Below, piece by piece: positions 50,095 through 62,714 of a stretch of DNA of 64,000 nucleotides; the first letter of the stretch is position 1, and each line of letters begins with the position of its first letter. This stretch comes from Squalus acanthias (Eukaryota). Where the stretch lies: assembly GCA_030390025.1 (NCBI GenBank), contig CM059425.1:169510001-169574000 (forward strand), given 5' to 3'. A program made the translations under genes and the position numbers. The notes under the pieces are model-generated. The model saw only the letters and a list, made by a program, of their open reading frames with translations. It was not told the DNA's origin and ran no database searches.

Positions 50095-50534
50095 ATAGAA
50101 TCATAGAAAGTTACAGCACAGAAGGAGGCCATTTCGGCCTATCATGTCCGTGCTGGCTGACAAAGAGCTATCCAGCCTAATCCCACTTTCCAGCTCTTGG
50201 TCCGTAGCCCTGTACGTTACGGCACTTCAAGTGCACGTCCAAGCACTTTTTTAAATGTGGTGAGGGTTTCTGCCTCTGCCACCCTTTCAGGCAGTGAGTT
50301 CCAGACCCCCACCACCCTCTGGGTGAAGAAATTTCCCCTCAAATCCCCTCTAAACTTCCTACCAATTACTTTAAATCTATGCCCCCTGGTTGTTGACCTC
50401 TCTGCTAAGGGAAATAGGTCCTTCCTATCGACTCTATCTAGGCCCCTCATAATTTTATACACCTCAATAAGGTCTCCCCTCAGCTTCCTCTGTTCCAAAG
50501 AAAACAGACCCAACCTATCCAGTCTTTCCTCGCA
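50095..50534 (-). mobile_element. CR1 3' fragment
   Basis: GLFSLEQRKLRGDLIEVYKIM...FFTQRVVGVWNSLP plus TTCTATGA tail. Confidence 0.92.
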
Positions 50535-50601
50535 TCTGGTGGGTTCCTGCTGAGTGGCTAAGGTGGAAAAATCGGCCCCAACATGTCAGGCTTGAGATAA
50601 C

Positions 50602-50761
50602 CAGGGGCTGCATTTGGCTTGCGAGGGTCCTGTGCAAAGGTTTTGGCTTGGACCCCTTGTAACTTACAAAACAAACTTATCACTGGATCTGCTCAGGGCC
50701 CCTGACTGGCTCGGTGCCCTGATCAATTTTTATGGGTTGCACTATCCTAATGATGCCCCTG
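50602..50761. mobile_element. hAT-superfamily MITE (Tip100-like termini)
   Basis: Ends CAGGGGCTGCATT / AATGATGCCCCTG; 8-bp TSD GAGATAAC / GAAATAAC. Confidence 0.8.
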
Positions 50762-51789
50762 GAAATAACATTGATTAACCACTCAGGCTTTTTTCTCATT
50801 GTTTCTCATTGCATCTAAGACCCTCAATTGTTCGTAGTATTGTAATATGCTCCAGCCTATGTGCTGATGAGTGTGTATTTAATGATTTGGTTTGTACTGC
50901 ATCAGTACAAGTTTCATTGAGGCAGTCCTTCCCTTCTGAGAGCAGCATTGCTGAACTTGGAAAACAGCTGTCAAGAGAACACACATAGAGATTACTTTAC
51001 ATGTGCAAAATATAGCTATGATTGGCTGCAATGCCAATGGCCCGTAGAAGGTTACGGCATCCCAATTCAAATCAATTTTAAATAAATTAGGTGCTTGATG
51101 TTGTAGTGTTGAATGGCACTGAAAATAAATGCTCAGACAATAAGAATAAAATAGACTGTTATCAAACTGATATTGAATGCATAAAAGAACTGTTATATTA
51201 AGCAGCACAGATGCCACGGACTGCACAAAAAATACCTAAAATGCTTTCAACTGCACAAAACCAATCTTGAGAGACAGCGACAGGGCAGTTGGTGTTTATA
51301 TGACCATGTCAAACAGACTGTAATACGCTACCTCTATTTGTAGTGTTCACAAAAGGAGACGGACAAAATGTACAAGAAAAAAAGCAATGCTGAGAATGTG
51401 TGAGAACTGAGGAAAAGTGATGGATCTATTAGAGAAGATTCACATATAAATGGCATTTTCAACATAAACTTCAAATCTCCTACATTGTTTTGCAACTCAC
51501 TTTTACTTATCTAAGGCTGGAAATAAATGGCATGTTTTTGTTTGTTAATTAAACTGTTATATATTATATAAAAAATAATTCTAGACTGTGGGCGTGCTGC
51601 CTCATTTGGATATTAATTTTGTTTGTCATGAAGTTTTAGATTCAGCTTCAGATCCTGTCACCTTTGGGTATTTCCAAAGCCCGACTCTGCTCTTATTTAT
51701 GGCAGACTGATGTGAAAGTCTCCACCGACATTGAAGGATGCATCATCCTGCGATGAGCTCAAATTTCCTCAGGAGGCTAAGGTGCAATG

Positions 51790-52900
51790 CAGGTATAAAG
51801 GAGGCAGAAGGGGCATAGCGGAGGTGGAAAATAGGGCGCACTGAGCTGCTCATTGTGCAGTCAATTCCTTTGTTTTGTGGTCAGCCATGGCTTCTTCTTG
51901 TTCTTCTGCTTGTTGCTTCCTTTCATCTGCTGCCTGCTCCTTGATTAGTCTGCTTTGCAAGATGAAGTGGTGAAGGACACAGCAGGTAACTATAATATTG
52001 GAGATCTTGCCAAGATTGCATTGTAACATTTCCCCCTGACCTCTCCATGCAATGGAATTGCTGCTAGAGGATTCTGAAGGCATGTTTCACTATGTGGAAG
52101 GGTGGGCCATGTTGTACTGCTGCTCAGCTCTTGCCCTTGGGTGATGAAGTGGTGTCATGAACCACAGCTGCAGGGCACATGTAGTCTTTTTGGCCCTTCA
52201 AATAATGCATCATTTACCGTCACAGGATAAAGGAATTATGAGATCTGCCAGGGAAGTGAGCATTTATTAGAATAAAGTGGTTCCTATGGTTGCAGATCAC
52301 GTGCACATTCATGGACCACCCTTTCTATTTATGAATGGAGTTGCATTGAGTTTGGGGGCCACATAACTGTAGTCAGTTATGCCCTGCACTTGTGGAAAGC
52401 TGACTGCACGGTAGATATAGGGGGCTTTTATCTTGTTTCTAGTTGCTTTCCACAGAAAAATGGATGAAATTACTGACCCTGACAAACAATATGTCGGTGA
52501 CTTGCTTGAGGAAAGTGTGCACTGAAGATTTGTGACACAGATCTGCTGCGCTTCTGAAAAGAGTCTGTCACATAAAAATTCTCTGCAGTTGTATCCTTGA
52601 CAGTCACTGACAGAGCTGTCCATGTGCTGGAACTAGTTTGCAAGTCTGGCTGCATAGCTCTGTTAATGGCGTTCTTTGGGAATCTTTTTTTGCTGGTGGA
52701 ATGGGAGCAGCTGTGAGGAATTTCCAGGCCTTGGTCTCCACAAGCAGGTGTCCTTGGGCAGGTCTACATACCAGAGCCTGGCTCTGTTCAAATGTACGTC
52801 AGTGGAAGGAAGTCCTTGAAAGGAGTATCTAAGCAGCCAACACACCAGTCTGGCATGTCTTCCATGATCCTCTTCTTCTAGAACTTTAAAATGTAAAGGT
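51790..52900 (-). pseudogene. Highly degenerate Harbinger transposase
   Basis: IIVTCCVLHHF, FINRKG, QPDLQ and LSVTVK remnants in the expected order. Confidence 0.75.
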
Positions 52901-53619
52901 ATGCTCATAAAGATAACCACTTTTGCATGCAAATGAGCTCACACAGCTTCAGCTGTACAAACAGACACAGCTAAGAGATGTAGTACAACTATACGTAGCT
53001 GTCAGTAAATCTTCAAGAATTTCTCTCAACCCCCTTTGTCCAAAAAGACCATAAGAGATACAGAATGAACAGCAATGTACCTTTAACAACACAAATTTCA
53101 ATTGAAAGGAACAGATTTCCCTTGCAATTCTTGTTTTATAATGGGCACATATTATGGGGGCCTCCCCTCATTTATATAAAATTCAGTCCTTTAATGGGTC
53201 TTGCACAAAGTCTGTGTGCAGGTGCCAAGTGCACATAATGCTACCATTTTGCTTTGCCATGTGCAGTGCACATCAGAAGCAGAGTAGACTTTGGGCTTCC
53301 ACGTCTGATAACGCTGGGCTCCATTTGGCACAGACAATCTCATTATCAGTCCCGTGGACTATTTCTTGAATAAAGCATTTGCTTTCCTTGATAATTTCAA
53401 GTAACTCCTTTTATTTTACTCATCTGGAAGACGGCTAACAGCACGGGTAATGGTGAGGCTGCAACTACAGATATAAGGGCAAAAGTACATTGAAGGAAAT
53501 AGGAGGATCTCTTAGTTCTCAGGAATGTTCACTGTTGTGTGTGTAAACTTGATGTGGTTGATGCAATTTTCATTGTGGTGGGTAATACTAACTGTTTGGT
53601 CTGTACTATTCAGCAGAAG

Positions 53620-53870
53620 GTGGTGGACTTAGTCCCAGGCACGCTTGTCTCCCTTCCTGCACTAACTGTTCTATCTCTAAATACATCAGCATCCTCTAGC
53701 TCTTCTGTGTCTTCATGATGATTCTCACCTTCTTTCAGGCTAAGCCCTCTCTCTAAATTGCACAGTATGCAGCGCACTATTACAATTAATGAGACCTGGC
53801 ATTTATATGACCATGTCAAACAGACAGTAATACGCCCCCTGAGTGATCCAGGCGTCTGAATCATTGCTTC
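53620..53870 (-). pseudogene. Degenerate Harbinger transposase C-terminus
   Basis: FRRLDHSGGVL then VSLIVIVRCILCNL, followed by an acidic stretch. Confidence 0.7.
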
Positions 53871-54889
53871 AGTATCTCAACCGTCTGATAAATCAGGACG
53901 CTTGTTTGTGCATCTACCTTATTATAGTTGTACTTTGCTGGGGCACAGGGATTGCACACAGGTATCATTAAGCAGGGCTGTATTGAGTAACCAAGGTTTC
54001 TCAAGAGCAAACCTTCCAGGCTATCTTTCACTTTCAAGCAATTAGGGCATTAAAGATTGTTTCAGTATGTTGTATCATGCTCGCTTCCTGAAAGTGTTCA
54101 TTAATATGGATGATCTTCTTCTGGTTGCTAATGGCTAATCCCATTACAGCGAATACCTGTAACAAGACATCACACTTCTGCAAGTTACAACTCTTTTCAT
54201 AGAAGTGAGGGAGCATGTAGCTCAAACTTGTGGTGAGTATGCATTTCTTGAAATTCTGGTGGACTACTGAAAAGCAGGTTGTGGGTATGTTTCTCCCAGT
54301 TCAGTTGCTTATTTTTGTTACATGCCTCAGCCCTGGTATGCTGCCCATGTTTGCTTTGTGTAGGTGAAATGCTTTGCAGAGTTATTGCTCTAATCCCTAG
54401 CAATAGATAATACCTATTTATTAAAACATATAAAATCACTCTTGTACCATTCCTTATAGGAAAAATTGTATCGCTGTTTTGTAGCAATGCAAAAATGACA
54501 GAAAACATAAGAGTCAGGTTGGTGATCTGAATCCACAGTGCATTGGAGAGAAGTGGAATCCTAGCACATGGGGGTTTCAAACCCAAAGTCTAGGACACAG
54601 CCTTCAGTATAATTCTGGTTTCTCAGAGATTGATTCCACAAAAAATGTGATGACATGATGATGCTACAATCACTTGAAGCACTGTATGCAAGATATAGTT
54701 GGTTGGTTATTCTCACTTGTCTCAGATTAGCACATGTGCAGGACCCAGAATCGGCTTCAAAAAATTGAAGATAGCAGAGCGGCAACACAACTCTGACCTA
54801 AACAATAGCTGCAACTTTGAAGACAATCCACCCTAATATTGCAATGTAGAATTACTTTACAGACTAGGTAAAGTAACCATGAAGATTTT

Positions 54890-55202
54890 GAAAGACTCCC
54901 TTACATGCAACTCAGTCCTGGGAATCCCTGGCCCAAGACCACACAAAGTGGAGGAGAAGCATCCAGGAAGGCGCCGAACACCTCGAGTCTCTTCGCCGGG
55001 AGCAAGCGGAAGCCAAGCGCAAACAGCGGAAGGAGCGCACATCAACCCAAGCACCCCACCCCGCCCCTTCAACCACCGTCTGTCCCACCTGTGACAGAGA
55101 CTGTCGGTCCCGCATTGGACTCATCAGTCACCTGAGAACTCATTTTTAATGTGGAAGCAAGTCACCCTCAGTTCCGAGGGACTGCCTAAGAAGAAGAGAA
55201 GA
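54890..55202 (+). mobile_element. RTE-clade LINE 3' end
   Basis: WESLAQDHTKWRRSI...CPTCDRDCRSRIGLISHLRTH* (C2H2 finger); AAG-repeat tail. Confidence 0.85.
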
Positions 55203-55212
55203 GTCATCATAA

Positions 55213-55360
55213 GGGGAGTAATTTTGGTTTTGGGCGATATTGCTTCAGCCACTCGTTACACATCTCTCTCAATTTTAATTTCAATCGGGAGAGAAGTATA
55301 ACATGCGTATGAATCGATATTGCCCGTTTTACACTATTGCACAAAGTCAGAATTAATCCC
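55213..55360. mobile_element. Small degenerate fold-back MITE
   Basis: GGG...TAATT / AATTAATCCC ends; internal GGGCGATATTG / CGATATTGCCC. Confidence 0.5.
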
Positions 55361-56789
55361 AATCAGGTTTAGGTGTTTTACAAGTGACAGAAGCAGTTGA
55401 AAATATTGCAATGATGAAGTGAGTAGTGTAAAAGAAAAACAGATAAAGCACTTGAAACCAATGCCTATTATTTTTTCAAAACTAATGCAAGGACTTTTGC
55501 AATTGGCAATGTCTACTAAAACAACTGCTTAGATTTCTACAGTGCTCTTTGTATACAGAAAGGCTGCTCAAAGCATTTCACAGGGCAGTGGAAAAGAGTG
55601 GGGCACATGGGAAAAGAGAAACGTTGGGGATGGGGGTTGAAAGGTCAGTTGAAGAGCAGGGTTTTTAAGAGGTGTGAGGTAGGTTTTCTTTTGATTTATG
55701 CAATGCACACGTCTGACAGAGGAAAACAGTTTTGTTGAACTCATTAGTGGTATTTTAATAACATCAAGTCGATGCTGGATATGGAAAGAGAAGAATCACA
55801 CAATTGCATATATCATCAGCTGGCATCATTACAACACAAGATGTAAGGCTTATTCTGCTAATGGATTAATCCAGCTGAACAGCACATACTTATATTGTGT
55901 CCAGCCGGCTGCTGTAATCACCTCACACAGTGAGCTCAGTTCAGGCCATGTTTCTGTGAGTCATTCTCCCTCAGTACACCAGGCCAGTCGTGACTTGTTT
56001 GGGGTCCAGCTCACATTCACAACAGGTTACAGAAGCTCATAACATTTTCAGTCCCTTGAAAACCTTGCAAGTTTCAGAGAACAGTGCCTCTGAAATAGAG
56101 TTCAATTCAAAATACATTTTACTCTGCAGAAACATATTGTGCTACCTGGTGTTGGTGTCTTACTGCTATAAATGTCCTGCGCTGACCTGTTTATACCGTG
56201 CAGCAGACTGGAAAAACAATGATTATATTGACCTGCTCATTGGCTCAAATAAGCAACCTAACCGTACTGATTCACTGAAATATAATCCACAAAGAACCAT
56301 TCGAAGCTCAGAAAAATCAATCGCTTAAAAGACTGCAATTCCGAACAATCATATTTAAAAGTGGCTTTAGTTGCCATTTTTATTTCTAGCCCAGTTGAAT
56401 ATATAGCCATATAAATAACATTTCTGAGAGAACAAAATCATAAAAATGGAAATAAAACTTCCGTTTAATGTTAGAAATACCTCCAGGAAGTTTTCCCTAT
56501 ACAGGCCTGGCTTGAAGCCTGAGGGTTGAGTTTTGCTGCTTCACCTAACTTCTGCAATACACCAGTGTCACACTGGTAGACTGCAACTCCCAGGATGTAA
56601 TTTTTCTGCAATACTCTTAATAAAGCTTGAAAAATGTTGTTAATGACCTAGTTGCACCATTTTCTGTATTCAGCACAAGAAACGCACAAAGTCATTGAAT
56701 GAGCATTTAAAATGGGCGCTACATTGAAGACCCTTCAGTCTTGGTGACCATTGCACTTTTAAAACGGAATGCCTCTTAAAGGGGAATCA

Positions 56790-57630
56790 GTTTTTTAAAA
56801 TTTGTTCATGGGATGTGGGTGTCGCTGACAAGGCCAACATTTATTGCCCATCCCTAGTTGCCCTTGAGAAGGTGGTGGTGAGCTGCCTTCTTGAACCGCT
56901 GCAGTCCCTGTGGAGAAGGTACTCCCATAGTGCTCTTAGGGAGGGAGTTCCAGGATTTTGACCCAGCGATGATGAAGGAACGACGATATACTTCCAAGTC
57001 AGGATGGTGTGTGACTTGGAGGGGAACTTGGAGGTGGTGGTGTTTCCATGCGCCTGCTGCCCTTGTCTTTCTAGGTGTTAGAGTTTGCGGGTTTTGGAGC
57101 TGCTGTTGAAGAAGCCTTGGCGAGTTGCTGCAGTGCATCTTGTAGATGGTACACATTGCAGCCACGGTGCGCCGTGGTGGAGGGAGTGAATGTTTAAGGT
57201 GGTGGATGCTTTGTCCTGGATGGTGTTGAGCTTCTTGAGTTGGAGCTGCACTCATCCAGGCAAGTGGAGAGTATTCCATCACACTCCTGACTTGTGCCTT
57301 GTGGATGGTGGAAAGGCTTTGGAGAGTCAGGAGGTGAGACACTCGCCACAGAATACCCAGCCTCTGACCTGCTCTTGTAGCCACAGTATCTATGTGGCTA
57401 GTCCACTTAAATTTCTGGTCAATGGTGAACTGCAGGATGTTGATGGTGGGGATTCGGCGATGGTAATGCCATTGAATGTCAATGGTTGGAGGTTAGACTC
57501 TCTCTTGTTGGAGATAGTCATTGCCTGGCACTTGTGTGTCGAGAATGCTACTTGCCATTTATCAGCCCAAGCCTGAATGTCATCCAGGTCTTGCTGCATG
57601 TAGGCACGGACTGCTTCATTATCTGAGGAG
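56790..57630 (-). mobile_element. LINE family B 3' fragment
   Basis: QQDLDDIQAWADKWQV and RSVMEYSPLAWM; same tail as the other copies. Confidence 0.92.
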
Positions 57631-57873
57631 CAAACATTGTTCTGCTCCAATATTTGTTCATTCTGTTTTTTATTCACAGTTTTCATTGCATTTGTTGCTT
57701 ATTTCAGTTGTGGCCTAGTTTTTACATTTTTGGATTTAGTTGCAGTTCCGTATTTTCCATCTGTGGAACTTATGTTGCCACAGCCACAATTCTGAAGATG
57801 GGCATCTCGCTAAGAATAACTCTCCATTTCCTTGTTTTGGAAAAGAAAGATCTGAGCAGCATGAGAAGAAGAT

Positions 57874-58766
57874 GGGGTAAAAATTCACTTGGTTGCGCCT
57901 CCCGTTAGCGCCTTAAGAGGGAGCTAATGGGGCGCAAAGCCGCTAACGCCCGGGCGCAGCGATGTTTGCGCCGCTCGGGAACTTAACTTGAGATTGTGCG
58001 GCAGCGCTAAAACTTACCGCTGCGACCACCTGCGCGCGCAGATTGTGACGTCATTCCATGGTGCAACGCCCTTGTGGCGCCCCGGAGCGGAAATTGAGTG
58101 GCGCCCCCTGCCTTACCGCCTGGCGCTTCCAACGACCAGAAGACTGGAACGCTATCAATCGCTGTGGGGCTGGGGGGGGCGCTATTTAAAGGGGGCCTCT
58201 TCCTGTCTTTTATTGTTGGTGGCATTTTTGAACTACGTATTCTGAGAGAGAGAGGGAGAGACTTCTGGAGAGATTCAACGTTGTGTGAAGGAGTTTTGGG
58301 TACTGAGCAGCACTTTGCAGGTTCATTTTGATTTGCCATTCCTTGTATCGATTTAGCAGAGACTGTGGGGGCTGCACTCTGAGCTCTTTGCCTGGTACTC
58401 TCCATTGTTCTTTCCAGCACATTTGATGTGCAAGTCTCTCCAGGCCGAGATTCAAGGCAGCAATGAACAGGATGTGGATGGAAAGCAAGATTAACCATCC
58501 CCTTTAAGAACTGGCCCGTGCCATTGTGTGTGTGTTCCATTGCTGACTGACATTACATGAGCTTCGCCAGCACTCCGAGTTAGCGCCTCACTCCTTGGCC
58601 TTTGCGCCTTAAGAGAGGTGTGCAGCACCTGCTTTAGCGCTCCACTCACCTCCCGGGGCGGTAAAAGTGAAGTTTCCTGTCAGTGCCGATAATTAGCGCC
58701 AGGCGCTAATATTTGCGTCCGGACGATATTTGCGCCCCAAATGGGGCGCGACCTAATTTCTACCCC
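57874..58766 (-). mobile_element. Harbinger MITE family A (893 bp)
   Basis: TIRs GGGGTAAAAATT / AATTTCTACCCC; TSD GAT. Confidence 0.94.
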
Positions 58767-58884
58767 GATATGTTTAAACCTATGGCTGTGTTGCTACACG
58801 TGCCCCTATTTAACTTTATTTAGCTACCTTTGCCTATAGAAAAAGGTTCGGCTACCTTGTTATATCTGAGGAGATTTTGCTGAA

Positions 58885-59165
58885 AGTAAAAAAGAAAGAC
58901 TTGCATTTATACAGTGCCTTTCACAACTTCAGGGTATTCCAAAGTGCTTTACAGGCAATGAAGTACTTTTGAAGTGTAGCCAATTTGTAGGAAGCCAGTT
59001 TGCACACAGTAAAGTCCCACCAACAGCAATGTGATATTAACCAGATTATTTGTTTTATTGATGTTGGTTGAGAGATAAATATTGGCCAGGACACCGGGGA
59101 AAACTCCCCAGCTCTTCTTTGAAATAGTGCCATGGGATCTTTTACGTCCACCTGAGAGGGCAGAC
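58885..59165 (-). mobile_element. Deu-domain SINE (SacSINE1-like)
   Basis: Colinear with 60172-60617. Confidence 0.8.
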
Positions 59166-59407
59166 GCTGCTGACTATAATTCATTATGGAAGTAGTCACT
59201 GAAAGATGACGTCCCCTCGAGACAGACATTTGGACAAGTTGTAGGATGGGGACGGCTTTGCTAGTGAATGTCAAGGTGACCGCTGCCTCAAACTTGTACG
59301 AAACTGGTTCCTTCCGAGTAACAGGATGGGCCATCTGTCAAATTTCACAACCAGGGGTGCTCAATGCATAAAGCAGGGACAGATGCGTTATTTGTCAATA
59401 CTACTCC

Positions 59408-59596
59408 TTCAATGTCGCTGGGTCAAAATCCTGGAACTCCCTACCTAACAGCACTGCGGGAGTAACTTCACCACATGAACTGCAGCGGTTCAATAAGAAG
59501 GCTCACCGCCACCTTCTCAAGGTCAACTAGGGATGGGCAATAAATGCTGGCCTTCCTGCTAACACCCACATCCTGAGAATGAATTAAACAAAAAAT
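59408..59596 (+). mobile_element. LINE family B 3' tail
   Basis: GGGTCAAAATCCTGGAACTCCC...GGGATGGGCAATAAATGCTGGCC. Confidence 0.85.
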
Positions 59597-59640
59597 TTCC
59601 ATGGAAAGCAGAGTTAGGACATTATTGATGTTATGTGTAC

Positions 59641-59940
59641 AATCATAGAATTGTAGAATTTTACAGTACAGTAACAAGCCATTTGGCCCATCACGTCTGT
59701 ACATACTGCTTTTGCTCCTATGACACACTCTTTGACTTGCTCCCCAAACCCTTTATTAATTCTCTGTCAAGCAACTATCCAACCCCAAAAGAATTGGTGG
59801 ACAACGGATTATAGCAGAGAACTGCAGATTCTAACCACCCTCTGTGTAATCAAATCTTTTCTAACCTCTCTTTAATTGTTTTTATGATTATCTTAAATTT
59901 GTGTTTGCTTGTTACCATCTTGCTGATCAATGGAAACAAT
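59641..59940 (-). mobile_element. Old CR1 3' fragment, continuing after about 60618
   Basis: CATAGAA tail and degenerate ACCACCCTCTGTGT...CTTAAATTTGTG. Confidence 0.65.
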
Positions 59941-60167
59941 GGGGGTGAAATTAGTATTAGTAGCACAAAATGAGCAAAAGCCCGTCTAATTTTCTTTTGA
60001 CTTCAATGGAAAAGAAAATTGCGCGAGGTGCAAGAACAAAATCCTGGAACTCCCTACCTAACAGCACTGCGGGAGCACCTTCACCACACGCACTGCAGCG
60101 GTTCAAGAAGAAGGTTATGATTCACTCGGGCCCAATTTACGCGACAACCGACGACTAATTTAATCCC
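59941..60167. mobile_element. Small Harbinger-type MITE carrying a LINE B fragment (about 60037-60113)
   Basis: Ends GGGGGTGAAATTAGT / ACTAATTTAATCCC; TSD AAT. Confidence 0.7.
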
Positions 60168-60171
60168 AATA

Positions 60172-60617
60172 GAAAGAAAAGAAAGAAAGACTTGCATTTA
60201 TATAGCTCCTTTCACTACCACCGGATGTCCCAAAATGCTTTCCAACCAATGAAGTACTTTTTGAAGTGTAGACACTGTTGTAATGTAGGAAACGTGGCAG
60301 CCAATTTGCGCACTGCAAGCTCCCACAAACAGCAATGTGATAATGACCAGATAATCTGTTTTAGTGACGTTGATTGAGGGTTAATATTGGACAGGAAACC
60401 GGGGATAACTCCACTGCTCTTCTTCAAAACAGTGCCATGGGATCTTTAACGTTCACCTGAGAGAGCAGACAGCGGTTTGGTTTAACGTCTCATCTGAAAG
60501 ATGGCACCTCCAACAGTGCAGCACTCCCTCAGTACTGCACTGGAGTGTCAGCCTAGCTTTTTGTGCTCAAGTCTCTGTAGTGGGACTTGAAGCCACAACC
60601 TTCTGACTCAGAGGCAA
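60172..60617 (-). mobile_element. Deu-domain SINE (SacSINE1-like), near full length
   Basis: Minus strand has a tRNA-like head (TTCAAGTCCCACT B-box), the Deu body (AGTACTGAGGGAGTGCTGCACTG...TGAGACGTTAAACC) and a TTTC tail. Confidence 0.85.
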
Positions 60618-62714
60618 TGTGTCACTATTTATCTTATCATAACCCTTCATAATCTTGAAGACCTTCATCTGGCTACCCCTTAATCTTCTCAGCTGCCCTT
60701 TGCTTTCTGCCCTCCAACCATCTACATATGGGGCCACATTCCTCGTAACTCTATGTGTTGTTATCTCCGTCCTAAGTCTCTTATCTGGTACTTTATCAAC
60801 TGCTTTTTGAGAATTCACTGCATTTCCTTAATCTATCCTCTCTGCTATTGCTTCAAAAATTTCTATGATGTTAATCGAACACAACCAAGCTGCCGCTGAA
60901 GGTACGGCAGTGGAGCGGGAGAAACCCGGATTCAATTCACCCGCAATGTGACATAAACAGATTGAATACTCAACTGGCAAGTTTAGATGTACAGAAAAAA
61001 TAAACCAGTTGCAGGGCACATAATTCACTAGCAGCTGTTTATATCCTCATTCCAGCTCTTGGCTTAGGGTTTTCTTCTGATTTAGAACTAACAGTAACAA
61101 AGATTTATAGAGACTGTATCCCCAGTTGCTTTGTATTTAAATGACCTGGGAAGCTGTGAACTAACAGGTGCTAGTAAAGAATGATTTGTGAACCTTAAGT
61201 GCAAATAGTGGAGATTTCTGTCTGGATGTGAAGCAAATAAATGAAATGAAAAAAATGCGGAGATGCATTGTCAGGAATTGTTTGTGGCAAATACATGAAC
61301 CTACTACTGGTACACCATTAATCACAATAACACCTCATTCAGAATCTGCGTATAACATGGCAAGAGGATCAATATTATCCTAACCTTTATTGTCAGTTGA
61401 TGGTACTGAGTATCTATAATAGTCATTTAACCAGCTAATGAAAGATAAAAAATTGTGTGATTTAAAAGTCCTTTAAGTTAGGCCACACAGCTCACTGGAA
61501 GCATCTGTCATATTGTTTCTGCACGGAGCAAAGGAGACGAGAAGGGGAAAAGCTGTCTGCAAAATTGAGCCATGCATCATGGCGTCCTGATTCAGCCACT
61601 CCAGTCACACATCACAAGGCAGAAGAATGGATTCCCATTACACCTTTGCATTACGTGACAAGTAAAGAATCACCCTGTCAGCTTTTCCCACCCAAATTGA
61701 GGAAAATTTGCTGAATTACACTGTTTCTGGACTCTTACATTGACGGAAGGCAGTCAAGCCTAGCAACCCTTCCCCTTATCTGTTATCTTGAAATCAATTC
61801 CACACCCTGATGCTCAGAGTAATGGCTGCTGCTGTGAGTGCTCCAGGACGGAGGCCATCTGGTCACTGAGGAAATAGTCGGAAGGGTTTTCACACCGATT
61901 TATGGGGCACATGTTGTAACTCAGATGTGACCTCAAAGCCTTCACCTGGTTCTGCAGTACATGAAATGTCTGTGTTGTGCTCAGCTGGGCGCTGGAAATA
62001 TCTTTGATGAAAGCACATTCAGCTCTGACTTTCAATTAAAGGCTTTGGGCGAATTCTATGCAAGGGTCAGGATAGTTGTAATCTGACCTCTGTGCACACA
62101 AATACAAGATTAGTGGTCCACCAGGTCAAGTCAGCGGATCAGATTTTAATAGAAACAAGTACATGTAGAGAAAAAAAATAACGTTACTGGGAATCGCTTC
62201 ATATTCATATGAAAACCATTATCAGTGTAATGTTTCTTTCATCTCTTATGAAAGCCATTACTGGTGCCATGTTTTGTTTAAAGCAGCTATCCTGTACTTT
62301 GTTTTTAAGTAGCAGAATTCATGGAATTCTATGGGAAAATATTTCATCTTTTCTGAATGGCTAGAATTAAAAATCAAAGAATTCTGCTTACAGGCAGCAG
62401 ACAGGCTCCCAGCAGTTCCATACATTTTCTTTTCTAATTTGTAGAAGCAATTATACAGCAATTTGAGATTTAGAATTACATTATCATAAAGTACAGCTTC
62501 ATTCGCTTCAGCCATTATTATCATACGCTTCAGAAATTTATCCAGCTGATGTTGATAGAAATGAGTCCCATAACAGAGCTTCCTGCTGCATTCTGCGAAC
62601 TTAGGAAGACATCTTAGAAAGAAGTTACAGCACAGAAAGAAAGATGTATATAGGGGGGATTTTAACTCTCCTTGCCGGGCAGGAATGGATCAGGGAAGAA
62701 GTTATACTGGAGCA

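Noticed and set aside
51295..51328. The 34-bp repeat as a loxP/FRT-like site, SECIS element or CRISPR repeat
   Set aside because: No 13-bp inverted arms, wrong SECIS spacing, only two copies, and the context is eukaryotic.
54034..54160. Possible exon, or RT-like VFINMDDLLL motif
   Set aside because: Short, bounded by stops, and no other RT motifs or consistent splice context.
62258..62660. Open minus-strand frame of about 130 codons as a host terminal exon
   Set aside because: No recognisable domain; it runs across a CR1-tail-like sequence; no partner exons found.
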